Part shown: positions 10,601 to 21,046 of the stretch, one piece after another
Layout of the letters: every line of letters starts with the position of its first letter
Numbering within the stretch: position 1 is the first letter of the stretch
Origin: an uncultured delta proteobacterium
GTDB lineage: Bacteria; Desulfobacterota; Binatia; UBA9968
Direction of reading: 5' to 3'
DNA length: 64,000 nucleotides
Assembly (NCBI GenBank): GCA_963727625.1
Contig: CAVSHR010000011.1
Location: 32,001 to 96,000 of the forward strand
Translations under genes and position numbers: made by a program
Notes under the pieces: generated by a model
The model's input: the letters and a program-made list of their open reading frames with translations, nothing else
Told to the model about the DNA's origin: nothing
Database searches by the model: none

Positions 10601-12101
10601 TCAAACCGCGTCTTCCGGGCGCTCGTACTTGGCCTTACCCAGGCGTTCTTTGATCGTTGGGTAGGCGACCGTGAAGATCGTCAACGCGATCAGACCCATG
10701 ACCGTCTTGAAGGTCAACCATTTGGCGCCATAAGCGGCGGTAGATATCCAAAGGTAACTCTCGGCGATTCTTGCCAAGGGTCAGACCAAGGATTAGCGGC
10801 GGCCGCGGCCAGCCGAACTTGACCATGCAAAAGCCGATAAACCCGAACAGCAGCGTGGCAATGACGTCGTTGAGGTCGTTATTTGCCGTGAACGAACCGA
10901 TAAAAACCAAAAACATCAAAAACGGGATGAGCAATGTGCCGCGGATAAATGTGAGGGCCGCGAGATGATTGAGGATCAAAAAGCACAGCGCTGCGACAAT
11001 GATGTTGGAAATGATCAACACCCAAACCATGGAGAAGGTCACATCGAGCCGGGATTTGAGCATCTCGGGGCCCGGATTGAGACCCACGATCAACATGGCG
11101 CCGAGCAGCAACGCCATACTGCCGCTGCCTGGGATGCCGAAGGCGAGGGTTGGAATCAGATCGCCGCCGCGAGTCGAATTATTCGCCGCGCCGGGGCCAA
11201 GCAGTCCTTCGACCGCGCCTTTGCCAGCGCGGGATTTGTCCTTCAAACCTTGGACTGCATGGGCATAGGAAATCCACTGGGCGACGTTGGCCCCGAGGAC
11301 TGGCAGTACGCCAAAGTATACGCCGATTAGGCTACAGCGCACGACCAGCCAGAAATGGCGAAAGGTGTCTTTAACGCCTTCCATGACCCCGGTGAGCTTT
11401 TCCTGCTTAGCGCTGGCGATGCTGGTACCGCGGACCGCGAGATCGACGATCTCGGGAATCGCGAACAGGCCGACGACCACCGGGACCAAGTCCAAACGGT
11501 CCCAAAGATATAGGCTGCCGAAGGTGTAGCGCAAAGAGCCGGTTTGAGGATCGACGCCGATAGCCGCCAACATCAGACCGATGCCGCCGGCGAGAAGTCC
11601 CTTGATCAAGGATGTTCCGGCTAACGTGCCGATGAAGGTGATGCCCATGATCGCGATGATAAATAGCTCGGGAGATCCAAACAGGAGCACCAGCGGACGC
11701 ATAATCGGAATTGAAATTGCCAGAGAGAACGCGCCAACCAGCGCACCCACGACCGAGGCGGTAATCGCGGCGCCAAGGGCGCGGCCGGCCTCGCCGTTTT
11801 TGGACATGGGATAACCGTCAAGTATCAAGGCGGCTGAGGACCCCTCCCCGGGGATCCCGAAAAGAATCGAGGTCAAATCGCCGGTGGTCCCTGTCACGGC
11901 GAGCATGCCGAGCAGAAACGCAAATGCAGAGATGGGGTCTTTGATGTTGTAGGAAAACGGCAGCATCAAGGCGAGTGTCGCCAAACCGCCGATACCGGGG
12001 AGGAGACCCACCCAAAAGCCAATCGCGATGCCGATGAGCATGTAACCGAAGGCCGGCCACGCCAGCACTTTCCAAAATCCTATGATAAATGCCTCGAGCA
12101 T
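10601..12101 (-). pseudogene. tctA: Tripartite tricarboxylate transporter permease TctA with +1 frameshift near the C-terminus
   Basis: GLLPGIG, GIPG..DGYPM...GEAGRAL and GIPGS motifs. At ~10769 one extra A (GGC AAG A ATC GCC GAG) shifts frame; removing it gives ...LGKIAESYLWISTAAYGAKWLTFKTVMGLIALTIFTVAYPTIKERLGKAKYERPEDAV* ending at 10601. Confidence 0.8.
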
Positions 12102-12489
12102 GGGCGTTTCCTCGACTAATTTATCCCCGGCGGACGATGGTCATTAGCGCATATTCGACCATGCGTCAACAATATTTGCCGCAGAATAGATTGTGCTTTT
12201 CGGTGAAGTTTCACGGCGTTCGCGCGTCGAGGCCCGCGGGGCTACTTGCGCAGTATCCGTTTCAATGCAGCAGCGACATCGGGCGGTTGATCGACAACTT
12301 CTTTGGCGCGTGCATCCTATTCATCGCCGGCGGCCCTCGCTTGGTCTTTTCCCCAAGATCTTTGTGGGGCTGCAGCTAGGCACAGCGGGTTGAGCCGAAT
12401 TGAACCCACCGGCATGAAGCGATCGGGGGTTTTGAGCAGCGGTGGGTTCACGAACGTACGGCAGGTGGGAGATGACGGCGGCTTGGCGA

Positions 12490-12978
12490 TCAAGTCAATC
12501 CGAGCCAGGTAATGACCATCCCTTCCGGGAACGGCAACGTGAGCAACTTAACGAATAAACCATAAAAGAATATCCAAGCGATTAGAGTCAGCGAAATTGA
12601 TAGAACCCACGGCTCCCCGCCCTGGAACTTTAAATAGGCGAACATCATGAGCGGAATGGCAATCGGAAAGCCGAGCAGGACGATCAGCGCAAAAAAGCCA
12701 ACCAGCCATGAAAACATGACGATGGCCCGCTTCTTGGCGGTTACCGGGTCGACATCTTTGGTAAACTGAAAATCCATAGGCGTTGCATCGGCCGATTGTT
12801 TAGCTTTGACGCCTTTCAGATCTAGAATGACTTGAACGAAGGCGAGAATCACCATCGGAATACCGATCGCCCACGGAAAGAGTCGCGCCTGGAGGCGCCA
12901 GTCCCGCGCCAGATAGACGAAGACGCAGAAAAAAACGAAAGCACAAAGGCTAAATAAAGCTGCCGGTGTGATTTTCAA
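12490..12978 (-). CDS. tctB: Tripartite tricarboxylate transporter TctB family small membrane protein
   Basis: Four to five TM segments, ARLFP, C-terminal F-x-x-LL-x-LPFPEG; TTG start after AAGGAG; upstream of tctA. Confidence 0.8.
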   Translation of the reverse strand: MKITPAALFSLCAFVFFCVFVYLARDWRLQARLFPWAIGIPMVILAFVQVILDLKGVKAKQSADATPMDFQFTKDVDPVTAKKRAIVMFSWLVGFFALIVLLGFPIAIPLMMFAYLKFQGGEPWVLSISLTLIAWIFFYGLFVKLLTLPFPEGMVITWLGLT

Positions 12979-13297
12979 CGCGAACTCCTTTCGAGTGACC
13001 AGCCGCTGAGGCCGCCTCCGTACGCCTCGACTTCCCGGCCCTGGAACGGCGGAATCTAGCAAACGTCATCCGGCTCGTCCGTCGCTCGGATCGCGCGTCG
13101 CAAACAAGCCAGCCGCCCGGCGTACGCCGCGGCCCTTATCGTCGGCAGCGCTTCGCTTAGCACAGAGTCGATCGGCCGGTCAACTTGTTCGCGGCTTTTC
13201 TTGCCGAGGCGAGGTGTGATAAGTGGAGCTTGATTCGATCCGCCGGAGCCATGGCCGAACCCCGGCTGGGCTCATGAACCAAAGAAGGTGGGCGTCC

Positions 13298-14494
13298 ATG
13301 GAGTATCGCCTCTCAACTGATGAAGAAAATCTGCGTAGAGTCGTCGAGGAGTTCGTTCGCGCCGAGCTCATTCCCTTAGAGCGGGATTTCGCCGACGCGC
13401 CGGATATCTTCGAAGGCAGCCGTTGGAGGAGCCGGGTGAAATCGAGCCAAGACCCGGAGATCCAACGCTATCTGGGGATTATGGGCGAGCTCGAAACGAA
13501 GGCCGAAACCCAGGGGCTTTGGCATCTCGATGTGCCGAAGGAGTTCGGCGGCGCGCAGGTCAGCAACGTCGCCATGATCGCGGTTACCGAGGAATTGGAA
13601 AAGAGCTCGATTCCCTTCGAGTTCGGCAACCACGTCTCGAATATCCTTTATAACTGCAAGGGCGAGCAAATCGACAAATATCTCTGGCCCTGCATTCGCG
13701 GTGATAAGACCTCCGCCTTCGGTTTGAGCGAGCCGGCGTCGGGAGCGGACCCGTCTATGATGCAAACGACGGCGAGCCCCGACGGCGATTGCTTTGTCAT
13801 CAACGGCACGAAGATGTTTCCGACCTTTGCCGACGTCGCTGATTTCGTCCAGCTCTTCGCTCGCTTACCTGGCACCTCCGGGCGCGACGGGATCACTTGT
13901 TTTCTTATCGATACCGGCACGCCGGGCTATAAAGTGGCGCGCAGCGTCGCCACCATCGCCGGCACCGAGCCCTGCGAGTTGGTTTTCGAAGATTGCCGCG
14001 TGGACAAAGCGCAAGTGCTCGGCGAAGTCGGCAAGGGCTGGGCGCTCAATCAGGCCTGGCTCGGCGCCAGGCGGTTTCAAGTAGGCATCCGCGCCCATGG
14101 AAAATCACTGCGTGTGCTCCGCGTCGTGCGGGATTTGCTGAGACACGATTCAAAAGAAGCAGAAAAATTCGTCGAGAGAATAGGCTGTTTCCTGGGCGAG
14201 CTCGATGCTCTGCGGGCCCTGACCTATCTCGGCGCGTGGAAAGCTGATGAGAAAATGGACGTGCGCGCGGAGGCGGCGAACGTGAAATTATCCGCCACCG
14301 AGCTTTTGCATGAGGTCATCGACTTCGCGCTGGAGGTCGCCGGGCCGTCGGGACTGCGCAAAAATCACGTGCTCGCGCGAGCCTTTCGCCACGCAAGATC
14401 AACAAGGATTGTCGAAGGGCCGTCGGAGATCCAGCGCCACATCATTCAGCGCGGATTGTTTCGCGACGGTGTTGCTGCTTTGGAGTTGTCATGA
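13298..14494 (+). CDS. Acyl-CoA dehydrogenase
   Basis: FGLSEPASGAD, INGTKMF, RIVEGPSEIQR with catalytic-position Glu. Confidence 0.9.
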   Translation: MEYRLSTDEENLRRVVEEFVRAELIPLERDFADAPDIFEGSRWRSRVKSSQDPEIQRYLGIMGELETKAETQGLWHLDVPKEFGGAQVSNVAMIAVTEELEKSSIPFEFGNHVSNILYNCKGEQIDKYLWPCIRGDKTSAFGLSEPASGADPSMMQTTASPDGDCFVINGTKMFPTFADVADFVQLFARLPGTSGRDGITCFLIDTGTPGYKVARSVATIAGTEPCELVFEDCRVDKAQVLGEVGKGWALNQAWLGARRFQVGIRAHGKSLRVLRVVRDLLRHDSKEAEKFVERIGCFLGELDALRALTYLGAWKADEKMDVRAEAANVKLSATELLHEVIDFALEVAGPSGLRKNHVLARAFRHARSTRIVEGPSEIQRHIIQRGLFRDGVAALELS

Positions 14495-14583
14495 ATCGGC
14501 TGGGGGCGAAAGCCGCGAGGCACGATTGTAATCCTTTTCATTCTCATACCTCGGGCGCCGCGCTTCATGCTTAGATTAACTCT

Positions 14584-15705
14584 ATGGACCTTAAGCTCAC
14601 CGAAGAAGAGAAACTGATCAAGGAGACGGCCGCGCAATTCGTCGCGCGCGAATTGATTGCCCGCGAAGGCGAGTATCTCAAGCAGCGAGCGCCGTTTCTC
14701 CCACCCGGCGCGCCGTCGCGCCGCGAGCTCGATCCCGACTTGAGGGACAAACTCAAGGCAAGCGCGCGGCAGCTCGGATTGTGGACGCTCGAGTTGCCGG
14801 AACGTTTCGGCGGCTCAGCGCTGAGCGCCGTCGCTCAAGTGCTGATTCACCGCGAGTTCGGCCGCTCGATTTTGCCTTTTCGGCCGGTTTCGATCCCGGG
14901 CTTTATGTTCGAGAGCAACTACGGCGAACGTCTGGCGGACGGCACTGTGAGCCTAGAACTGGCCTTCGAAGAAGCGCACAAGACCGGCGAACTAAGCCGT
15001 CTGCAGACCCTTTATCGCCAGGAGCCGGACGGATCGATTCTACGAGATTCGTCGATTTTCGTCTCCAATTCCCGCGCCGACCTGTTCTTGGTGCCGGCGC
15101 GGGAGCAAGGCACGCAGCGCTTGGGGCTGTTTGCGCTGGAGCGAGAGGCCCCGGGAGTCACCGTCACCGACGAAGTCGATCTTACCACCGACGGGACGGA
15201 GGCGCGGCTCATGCTGCGGCAATGCAAAATTCCCAACGAGCAACTGCTGGGTTACGAATACGAAGCAGGCGCAGCGATCGCCGCCAAGCAACTGAATATC
15301 GCGGCGCGCTCTTTGGGGATCGGCCTGCGCTGCCTGGCGAGTTCGATTGACCACGCGCGCAACCGCGTCACGTTCGGCCGCCCGCTGGCGCAGCGCCAGG
15401 CGATCCAGTGGATGTTGGCCGACTTGTCCATCGATATTCGAACCTGCACTTGGCTCACCCTCGAAGCGGCCTGGCGTTGCGACAACGATCTGCCCTACTT
15501 CGAAGAAGCCGCCCTGGCAAAAAAACGCTCGGCGAAGATGGCCTTTCAAGCGGCCGATGTGGCGGTTCAGATTCACGGCGGCTACGGGGTGTGCAAGGAA
15601 TTTCCATTTGAAGGATTTTACCGGGAAGCGCGTTTGCTGCGCCTGCTCTACGGCCGGGAAGACGAGTTGGATCGAGCGGTGGGGAAAAGATTTTTAGAGG
15701 AATGA
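14584..15705 (+). CDS. Acyl-CoA dehydrogenase-like protein (divergent, likely non-catalytic subunit)
   Basis: RVTFGRPLAQRQAIQW and QIHGGYG retained; lacks the SEPxAGSD motif and has LYG instead of xEG. Confidence 0.82.
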   Translation: MDLKLTEEEKLIKETAAQFVARELIAREGEYLKQRAPFLPPGAPSRRELDPDLRDKLKASARQLGLWTLELPERFGGSALSAVAQVLIHREFGRSILPFRPVSIPGFMFESNYGERLADGTVSLELAFEEAHKTGELSRLQTLYRQEPDGSILRDSSIFVSNSRADLFLVPAREQGTQRLGLFALEREAPGVTVTDEVDLTTDGTEARLMLRQCKIPNEQLLGYEYEAGAAIAAKQLNIAARSLGIGLRCLASSIDHARNRVTFGRPLAQRQAIQWMLADLSIDIRTCTWLTLEAAWRCDNDLPYFEEAALAKKRSAKMAFQAADVAVQIHGGYGVCKEFPFEGFYREARLLRLLYGREDELDRAVGKRFLEE

Positions 15706-15793
15706 GGCGCGAGGCGTGAGGGGGGCCGGAGAAATTCGCTTTCCTCGCGCCTTCAACCTCGCGCCTCGTGCCTGCGACTAATAAGGAGCGCTG

Positions 15794-16945
15794 ATGCGAC
15801 GGAAGAAAGTTTGTTTTGTCGGTTACGGATCGACGGAGTATTCGCGCAAATCGGACGCGTCGGCGCTCTGGTACTATGCTGAGGCGATTCGCGACGCGCT
15901 GCGCCAAACCGGGCTTAAGAAAAACGACATTCGGGGCTTTTCGATTACGACCCAGGCGAGCCCGGACTATTCGCCGCATGTGGCCGAGCAGCTGGGTTTG
16001 GAAGTCGATTGGGTGCTCAACGGCGATTACGGCGGTGCGGGTGGGGTGATGAGCGTCAGGCGCGCGGCTGATGCCATCGAATGCGGGCATCTCGATGTCG
16101 CAGTCTTGGTCGGCGGCAATTCTTTCGACAGGAGCATGCCCACCCAGCGTCAGCTGGAATACCAGCGCGGCAACTTCATCGATGTCTTCGGTTACGGCGG
16201 GCCTAATTCGCTGATGGCGCTGATTCAACGGCTGCACATGGAGCAGTACGGCACGACGCTGGAGCAGATCGGCAAGATCGCCATCGCCCAGCGCGACAAC
16301 GCGATCAACAATCCGCAGGCGCTTTTTCGCGCGCCGATGACGATGCAGGATTATCTGAATTCACGGATGATTTCCGACCCGATCCGGCTATTCGACTGTG
16401 TCATGCCTTGCTCCGGAGCGGAATGCGTCATTCTCGCCTCCGAGGAGAAAGCCAAGCAGGTCACCGATAAACTGGTGTATCTCGTCACCGACGCCGAAAT
16501 CTCGCATTACCAGGTCGCCAACATGTTGCCCGACAAAACAACCTTCGGTCAGAAAGTCGTCGGCGAGCGTATTTTCAAAGAGGTGAAGCACGAGGATATC
16601 GATTTTGTAGAAATCTACGACGACTATCCGATCGCCGTCATGATTCAGATCGAGGACCTCGGTTTCTGCAAAAAAGGCGAAGGCGGCAAATTCGTCGATG
16701 CGCATGATTTGACTTACAAAGGCGATTTCCCGGTCAATACCGGCGGCGGCGAATTGTCCGTCGGGCAGGCCGGTCTGGCGGGCGGCTATCTTCATATCGT
16801 CGAAGCGCTGCGCCAACTTCGCGGCGAGGCGCAAGGAAACCAGGTTAAAAAAGCCGAGCGCGCGCTGGTTACCGGCATCGGCTGGCTTAACTATGGCCGC
16901 AACCTGGGCACGACGGCGGCGCTGGTTATGGAAAGGAGAAAGTAA
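15794..16945 (+). CDS. Thiolase-fold protein (SCPx/Ltp2-like)
   Basis: NP-x-A..R-x-P-x-T-x-x-DYL-x-SR-x-ISDP-x-RLFDC, EIYDDY, PVNTGGG; no Cys at the usual nucleophile position (GDYGGAGG). Confidence 0.87.
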   Translation: MRRKKVCFVGYGSTEYSRKSDASALWYYAEAIRDALRQTGLKKNDIRGFSITTQASPDYSPHVAEQLGLEVDWVLNGDYGGAGGVMSVRRAADAIECGHLDVAVLVGGNSFDRSMPTQRQLEYQRGNFIDVFGYGGPNSLMALIQRLHMEQYGTTLEQIGKIAIAQRDNAINNPQALFRAPMTMQDYLNSRMISDPIRLFDCVMPCSGAECVILASEEKAKQVTDKLVYLVTDAEISHYQVANMLPDKTTFGQKVVGERIFKEVKHEDIDFVEIYDDYPIAVMIQIEDLGFCKKGEGGKFVDAHDLTYKGDFPVNTGGGELSVGQAGLAGGYLHIVEALRQLRGEAQGNQVKKAERALVTGIGWLNYGRNLGTTAALVMERRK

Positions 16946-17364
16946 TGGCTGACGCAAGCATACCGCAAAAAAGTTTGCCCAAGGTCAACAAAGTGGATCA
17001 GCCCTTTTGGGAAGGCGCTGCGGCCGGCAAATTCTTGCTGCAAAAATGCCGGGGCTGCGGCAAGGTGCAATTCTTCCCGCGGGTCGCCTGCGTCGACTGT
17101 TTCGGCGAATTGGACTGGATCGAAGCCAAGGGCACCGGCAAGATTCACAGCTTCACGTTGGTGCGAGTACCGCGCAATCCCGCCTTCAAAGACGAGGTGC
17201 CGATTTACTATATCAACGTCATTTTGGATGAAGGCGTGATCGTCGAAAGCAAGCTGGTCGGCGATAACAAAGAAAAGGTGAAGATGGGCGATCGGGTCAA
17301 GGCTGTATTCCAGCAAACCCATGATCCGTCAATCAAGTTGCCGTGTTTCGAGCTGGCGGGCTAG
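16945..17364 (+). CDS. Zn-ribbon/OB-fold (DUF35/ChsH2-like) protein
   Basis: PFWEG, CxxC...P-R-x-x-CxxC, G-x-G-x-I-x-SFT; overlaps the thiolase stop codon. Confidence 0.9.
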   Translation: MADASIPQKSLPKVNKVDQPFWEGAAAGKFLLQKCRGCGKVQFFPRVACVDCFGELDWIEAKGTGKIHSFTLVRVPRNPAFKDEVPIYYINVILDEGVIVESKLVGDNKEKVKMGDRVKAVFQQTHDPSIKLPCFELAG

Positions 17365-17480
17365 GAATTTTGGATTGGCGATTTTGGATTTTGGATTATC
17401 GCGGATCACCCGGTAGAAACCGATTTGGTTCAAGTGCCGATTACGGGAGGCGAGATGAGAATGCAAATCAGTTATTTTAG

Positions 17481-17603
17481 GCGATCGAAAACGTAATCGT
17501 AAATGATAAAAATTTAGCCCGCTTGGGACTGAAAGCCGACGAGATTCTAAATCTTTCGTTCTTGCAGCGCCTGCAACAAGAGCGGAAAGCTAAATCTCGC
17601 TAG
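17481..17603 (+). pseudogene. C-terminal remnant of an ABC substrate-binding protein
   Basis: Startless frame AIENVIVNDKNLARLGLKADEILNLSFLQRLQQERKAKSR* resembles the C-terminal helices of the SsuA/NMT1-type SBPs in this window. Confidence 0.45.
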
Positions 17604-17616
17604 AAAGGTTCACATC

Positions 17617-18411
17617 ATGGAGTTTCAAACGATATTGTTCGAAGTCCGAAATCAGATCGCGTACGTGACGTTCAATCGGCCGGAGTCGATGAACGCAATG
17701 AACCGACAGATGACTCAAGACCTCATTGTCGCCTGCCGGCAGATCGAAGAGGACGCGGATGTTCGCATCGTGATTTTTACCGGAGCGGGGGAAAGGGCGT
17801 TTTCGGCCGGCATGGATTTAAAAGAACGCGCCGAAACCGTGTTCTCGCCGATCGAACGACGCCAGCAGAAATTGACCAATACAATTTATACCCAGGCGCG
17901 CGCGGTGGCGGCGATCACCAAACCGACGATCGCTGCGATCCGGGGCTATTGCGTCGGCGGCGGATTAGAGTTTGCCTTGGCCTGTGATCTTCGGGTGGCG
18001 GCGGAAGACGCGAAACTCGGACTGATGGAAGTTCGGCGCGGCATCATCCCCGGCGCGGGCGGCACGCAGCGGCTGACGCGCGCCGTGGGCGTTACCAAGG
18101 CTATGGAGATGTGTCTCACCGGCGACTCCGTGAGCGGCCTCGAAGCAAAATCGCTAGGGCTGGTGAATAACGCGGTACCGTCGGCCGATGTGGTTGAAGC
18201 CGCCGAGGATCTGGCCAACCGGATACTCAAAGGGGCGCCCATGTCGGTGGCGTTTATCAAGGAAGCGATCAAAAAGGGCATCGAGTTGCCGCTGGAGGAA
18301 GGTTTGCGGCTGGAAGCGGATCTCTCCGCGCTGATCGGCAGTACAGAAGATGCCAAGGAAGGCCCTCGGGCATTCGCCGAAAAACGCGCGCCGGTGTGGA
18401 AGGGGAAGTAG
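17617..18411 (+). CDS. Enoyl-CoA hydratase/isomerase
   Basis: NRPESMNA, FSAGMDL, GGGLEFALACD, MEVRRGIIPGAGGTQRL; both catalytic Glu present. Confidence 0.92.
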   Translation: MEFQTILFEVRNQIAYVTFNRPESMNAMNRQMTQDLIVACRQIEEDADVRIVIFTGAGERAFSAGMDLKERAETVFSPIERRQQKLTNTIYTQARAVAAITKPTIAAIRGYCVGGGLEFALACDLRVAAEDAKLGLMEVRRGIIPGAGGTQRLTRAVGVTKAMEMCLTGDSVSGLEAKSLGLVNNAVPSADVVEAAEDLANRILKGAPMSVAFIKEAIKKGIELPLEEGLRLEADLSALIGSTEDAKEGPRAFAEKRAPVWKGK

Positions 18412-18547
18412 GCATGGGGCGCGAGGCTTGAGGTGTGAGTAGGAGCAAAGAGTATCGTATTTCCTCACGCCTCGTGCCTCAAGCCTCTCGCCCAGGTTGA
18501 TGAATTTAAATCGCTTAAAGTAAGCAGAGAAAATAAGGAACGCACGA

Positions 18548-19369
18548 ATGGCAGACGAGAAAGTTCTCTACGAGGTCAAAGATAAGCTCGCGTGGATCAC
18601 GCTCAACCGGCCGGAATCGTTGAACGCGGTCAACCGGGAGATGGTGAAATCGATCGTCGAATATTGCCGGCAGGCGGAGGAGGATCGAAACGTTCAGGTG
18701 GTGATCTTCAAAGCAAACGGTGAGCGGGCATTTTCCGTCGGCGGCGACATTAAGGATCGCGCGCGCCTCAATGCGACTACTGCGGCTGCGGAGCCGGCGC
18801 AGTCCCTGCTGGTGGCGCGTCAGGCGAAATACTCGGCGATTCCGGGAACTCCGGCGCCGGCCATCGCGGCGATCAACAAAATTACCATGGCGCTCGTTCA
18901 TGGCTATGTCGTGGGCACTGGGCTGCTGATGAGCCTGGCTTGCGACATCCGCATCGCGGCCGAAGGCGCGCGGCTCGGCCTCAGCGAAGTGCGGCTCGGT
19001 TTCATGGCGGGCTCCGGTGGAACGCAGCGAATGGCGCGGTTGGTCGGCATTCCCAAGGCTTTGGAAATCTGTTTGTCCGGCGAGCTCTACGACGCCGCGG
19101 AGTGTCACCGCATCGGGTTGGTCAATCAGCTGGTGCCCTACGATCAACTCGTCCCCGCCGGAGAGAAAATGGCCCAGTCGTTTCTCAAGGGCGCGCCCCT
19201 GGCGCTGCGCTATATAAAGGAAGCGATCTACAAGGGCAGCGAAATGACGCTGGAGCAGGGCTTGCGGTTCGAATCCGACCTGCAGAGCATGGTGATGCAG
19301 ACCGACGATGCCAAGGAAGGGCCGAAAGCTTTCGTCGAAAAGCGGCCGGCGAATTGGAAAGGAAGATAG
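18548..19369 (+). CDS. Enoyl-CoA hydratase/isomerase (tandem paralog)
   Basis: NRPESLNA, FSVGGDI, LSEVRLG..GGTQR; first catalytic Glu absent (GTGLLMSLACD). Confidence 0.9.
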   Translation: MADEKVLYEVKDKLAWITLNRPESLNAVNREMVKSIVEYCRQAEEDRNVQVVIFKANGERAFSVGGDIKDRARLNATTAAAEPAQSLLVARQAKYSAIPGTPAPAIAAINKITMALVHGYVVGTGLLMSLACDIRIAAEGARLGLSEVRLGFMAGSGGTQRMARLVGIPKALEICLSGELYDAAECHRIGLVNQLVPYDQLVPAGEKMAQSFLKGAPLALRYIKEAIYKGSEMTLEQGLRFESDLQSMVMQTDDAKEGPKAFVEKRPANWKGR

Positions 19370-19492
19370 CTGCTTGTTCAAAGTTCAATGGTTCAAGGTT
19401 CAACGCCGGAACCCATGGTCGATGCGTCCGTGCGTGCGGGTAGCGGATATCCGACGTAGAACGTTTGAGCGTTGAACGGTTGAACGAATTCC

Positions 19493-21022
19493 ATGGGTAG
19501 CAGTATTCCGATGCTGATGGGCGACGGCCTGCGCCGCAATGCGGGTAAATTTCCGCTCAAGATTGCGGCGCAGGATCGCTTTCGCGAAATTAATTATGGC
19601 GAGCTCAACGCGCGGGTGAATCAACTGGCGCATGGGCTGTTGTCCCTCGGTGTGCGCCGGGGCGACGGTGTGGCGCTGTCGGCGGGCAATTGCATCGAGC
19701 ATTTGGAGGTCATTTTCGCCACTGCCAAGATCGGCGCCTTGGCGATTCCCTTGGACGTGAAATGGAAAGCCCTGGAATTGGGCTCGGTGCTCGCCGCCCT
19801 GGAGCCGCGTTTTCTCATGCTTCAAGAAGATTGCATGGGGGAGTTCGACAAGGCGAAGCAACTCAAGGATCTGAGTTTTATCAAAACGGTTTTGCTCTCG
19901 CCGGACCGCAGCTACGGCGGACTTCTCGCCGGCCGCAGCTCGGCCGAGCCCGGCGTCATCGTCAACGAGGACGATCCCTTCGCAGTCTTGCTCACCTCCG
20001 GTACGACGGGGCTGCCAAAGGGTTGCCTGGCGACCCATCGCACTTTCGTCTTTCATTGTATCAACAACGCGATTGAAAAGGGGCTCGGCGTGCATGACAA
20101 AGCGCTTTTGTCCTCGCCGATCTATTTCAACGCCGGACGCTCGTTCACTCTCGGCATCATCTACTTCGGCGGCACGATGATCTTGCACGAGCGCTTCGAT
20201 GCGGAACAGGTGTTGGCAGCGATCGAGCGTGAGCGAGTCACATACATGGGTGCGGTGCCGACCATGTGCGAGCGCATGCTCCAGGTTCTCGACAGAAAAA
20301 CCTACGACACCAGCTCGATCCGTTGTCTGGCGATCACCGGCGGAAAGGTTCATCCGACGGTGTTGGGGGATTTGAAGCGGCGCGTGACACCGAACGTTTA
20401 CCGGACCTACGCATCCACCGATTGCGGGCAAATGGCGATCTCCAAACCGGGGGACGCGGAGAGCAAGTCCGGCGCGGCGGGCCGGCCGGTTTGGTGCGTC
20501 GATTTGCGGATTGTCGACGATCAGGATAGTTCCGTTAACGTCGGCGAGGTCGGCGAGATCGTTTGCCAAAGCCCGTTGGCGACCCATGGCTATTACAAGA
20601 ATCCCGAGGCGACCAGTGCATCGTTTCGCGACGGCTGGTTTTACACCGGCGATCTCGGCTACTTCGACGCCGACGGCTACCTTTACGTTGTCGGACGCAA
20701 AAAAGACATGGTGAAAAGCGGCGGTATCAGCATTTATCCGTTGGAGATCGAGAGCGTGCTTTATAGTCACCCCGATATAGTGGAAGCCGCGGTGATCGGC
20801 GTGCCGGACGATAAATGGGGCGAAGCGGTCAAGGCGGTGGTGGTGGCAAAGGGCGATTGCAAGCTCAGCGCGGAAAATTTACTGGTTTTTTGCAAGGACC
20901 GGCTTTCCGCGTACAAGGTGCCGAAGTCGGTGGAGTTCCGCGCCTCGTTGCCGCATACGGAGATCGGCAAGGTCAACAAAGTGAAATTGAAAGCCGAAAT
21001 TCTCGCCGAAATTAAAGCGTGA
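19493..21022 (+). CDS. AMP-dependent acyl-CoA ligase
   Basis: TSGTTGLPKG, YASTD, TGDLG, GRKKDMVKSGG and C-terminal GKV motifs. Confidence 0.93.
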   Translation: MGSSIPMLMGDGLRRNAGKFPLKIAAQDRFREINYGELNARVNQLAHGLLSLGVRRGDGVALSAGNCIEHLEVIFATAKIGALAIPLDVKWKALELGSVLAALEPRFLMLQEDCMGEFDKAKQLKDLSFIKTVLLSPDRSYGGLLAGRSSAEPGVIVNEDDPFAVLLTSGTTGLPKGCLATHRTFVFHCINNAIEKGLGVHDKALLSSPIYFNAGRSFTLGIIYFGGTMILHERFDAEQVLAAIERERVTYMGAVPTMCERMLQVLDRKTYDTSSIRCLAITGGKVHPTVLGDLKRRVTPNVYRTYASTDCGQMAISKPGDAESKSGAAGRPVWCVDLRIVDDQDSSVNVGEVGEIVCQSPLATHGYYKNPEATSASFRDGWFYTGDLGYFDADGYLYVVGRKKDMVKSGGISIYPLEIESVLYSHPDIVEAAVIGVPDDKWGEAVKAVVVAKGDCKLSAENLLVFCKDRLSAYKVPKSVEFRASLPHTEIGKVNKVKLKAEILAEIKA

Positions 21023-21046
21023 ACGCATTTGAAAGGAGTCATTCTT

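Noticed and set aside
19400-20770. 456-aa antisense ORF (similarly 54404..55417, 22061..23005, 18515..19381)
   Set aside because: Shadow ORFs opposite well-supported genes, expected from GC-rich codon bias; no motifs.
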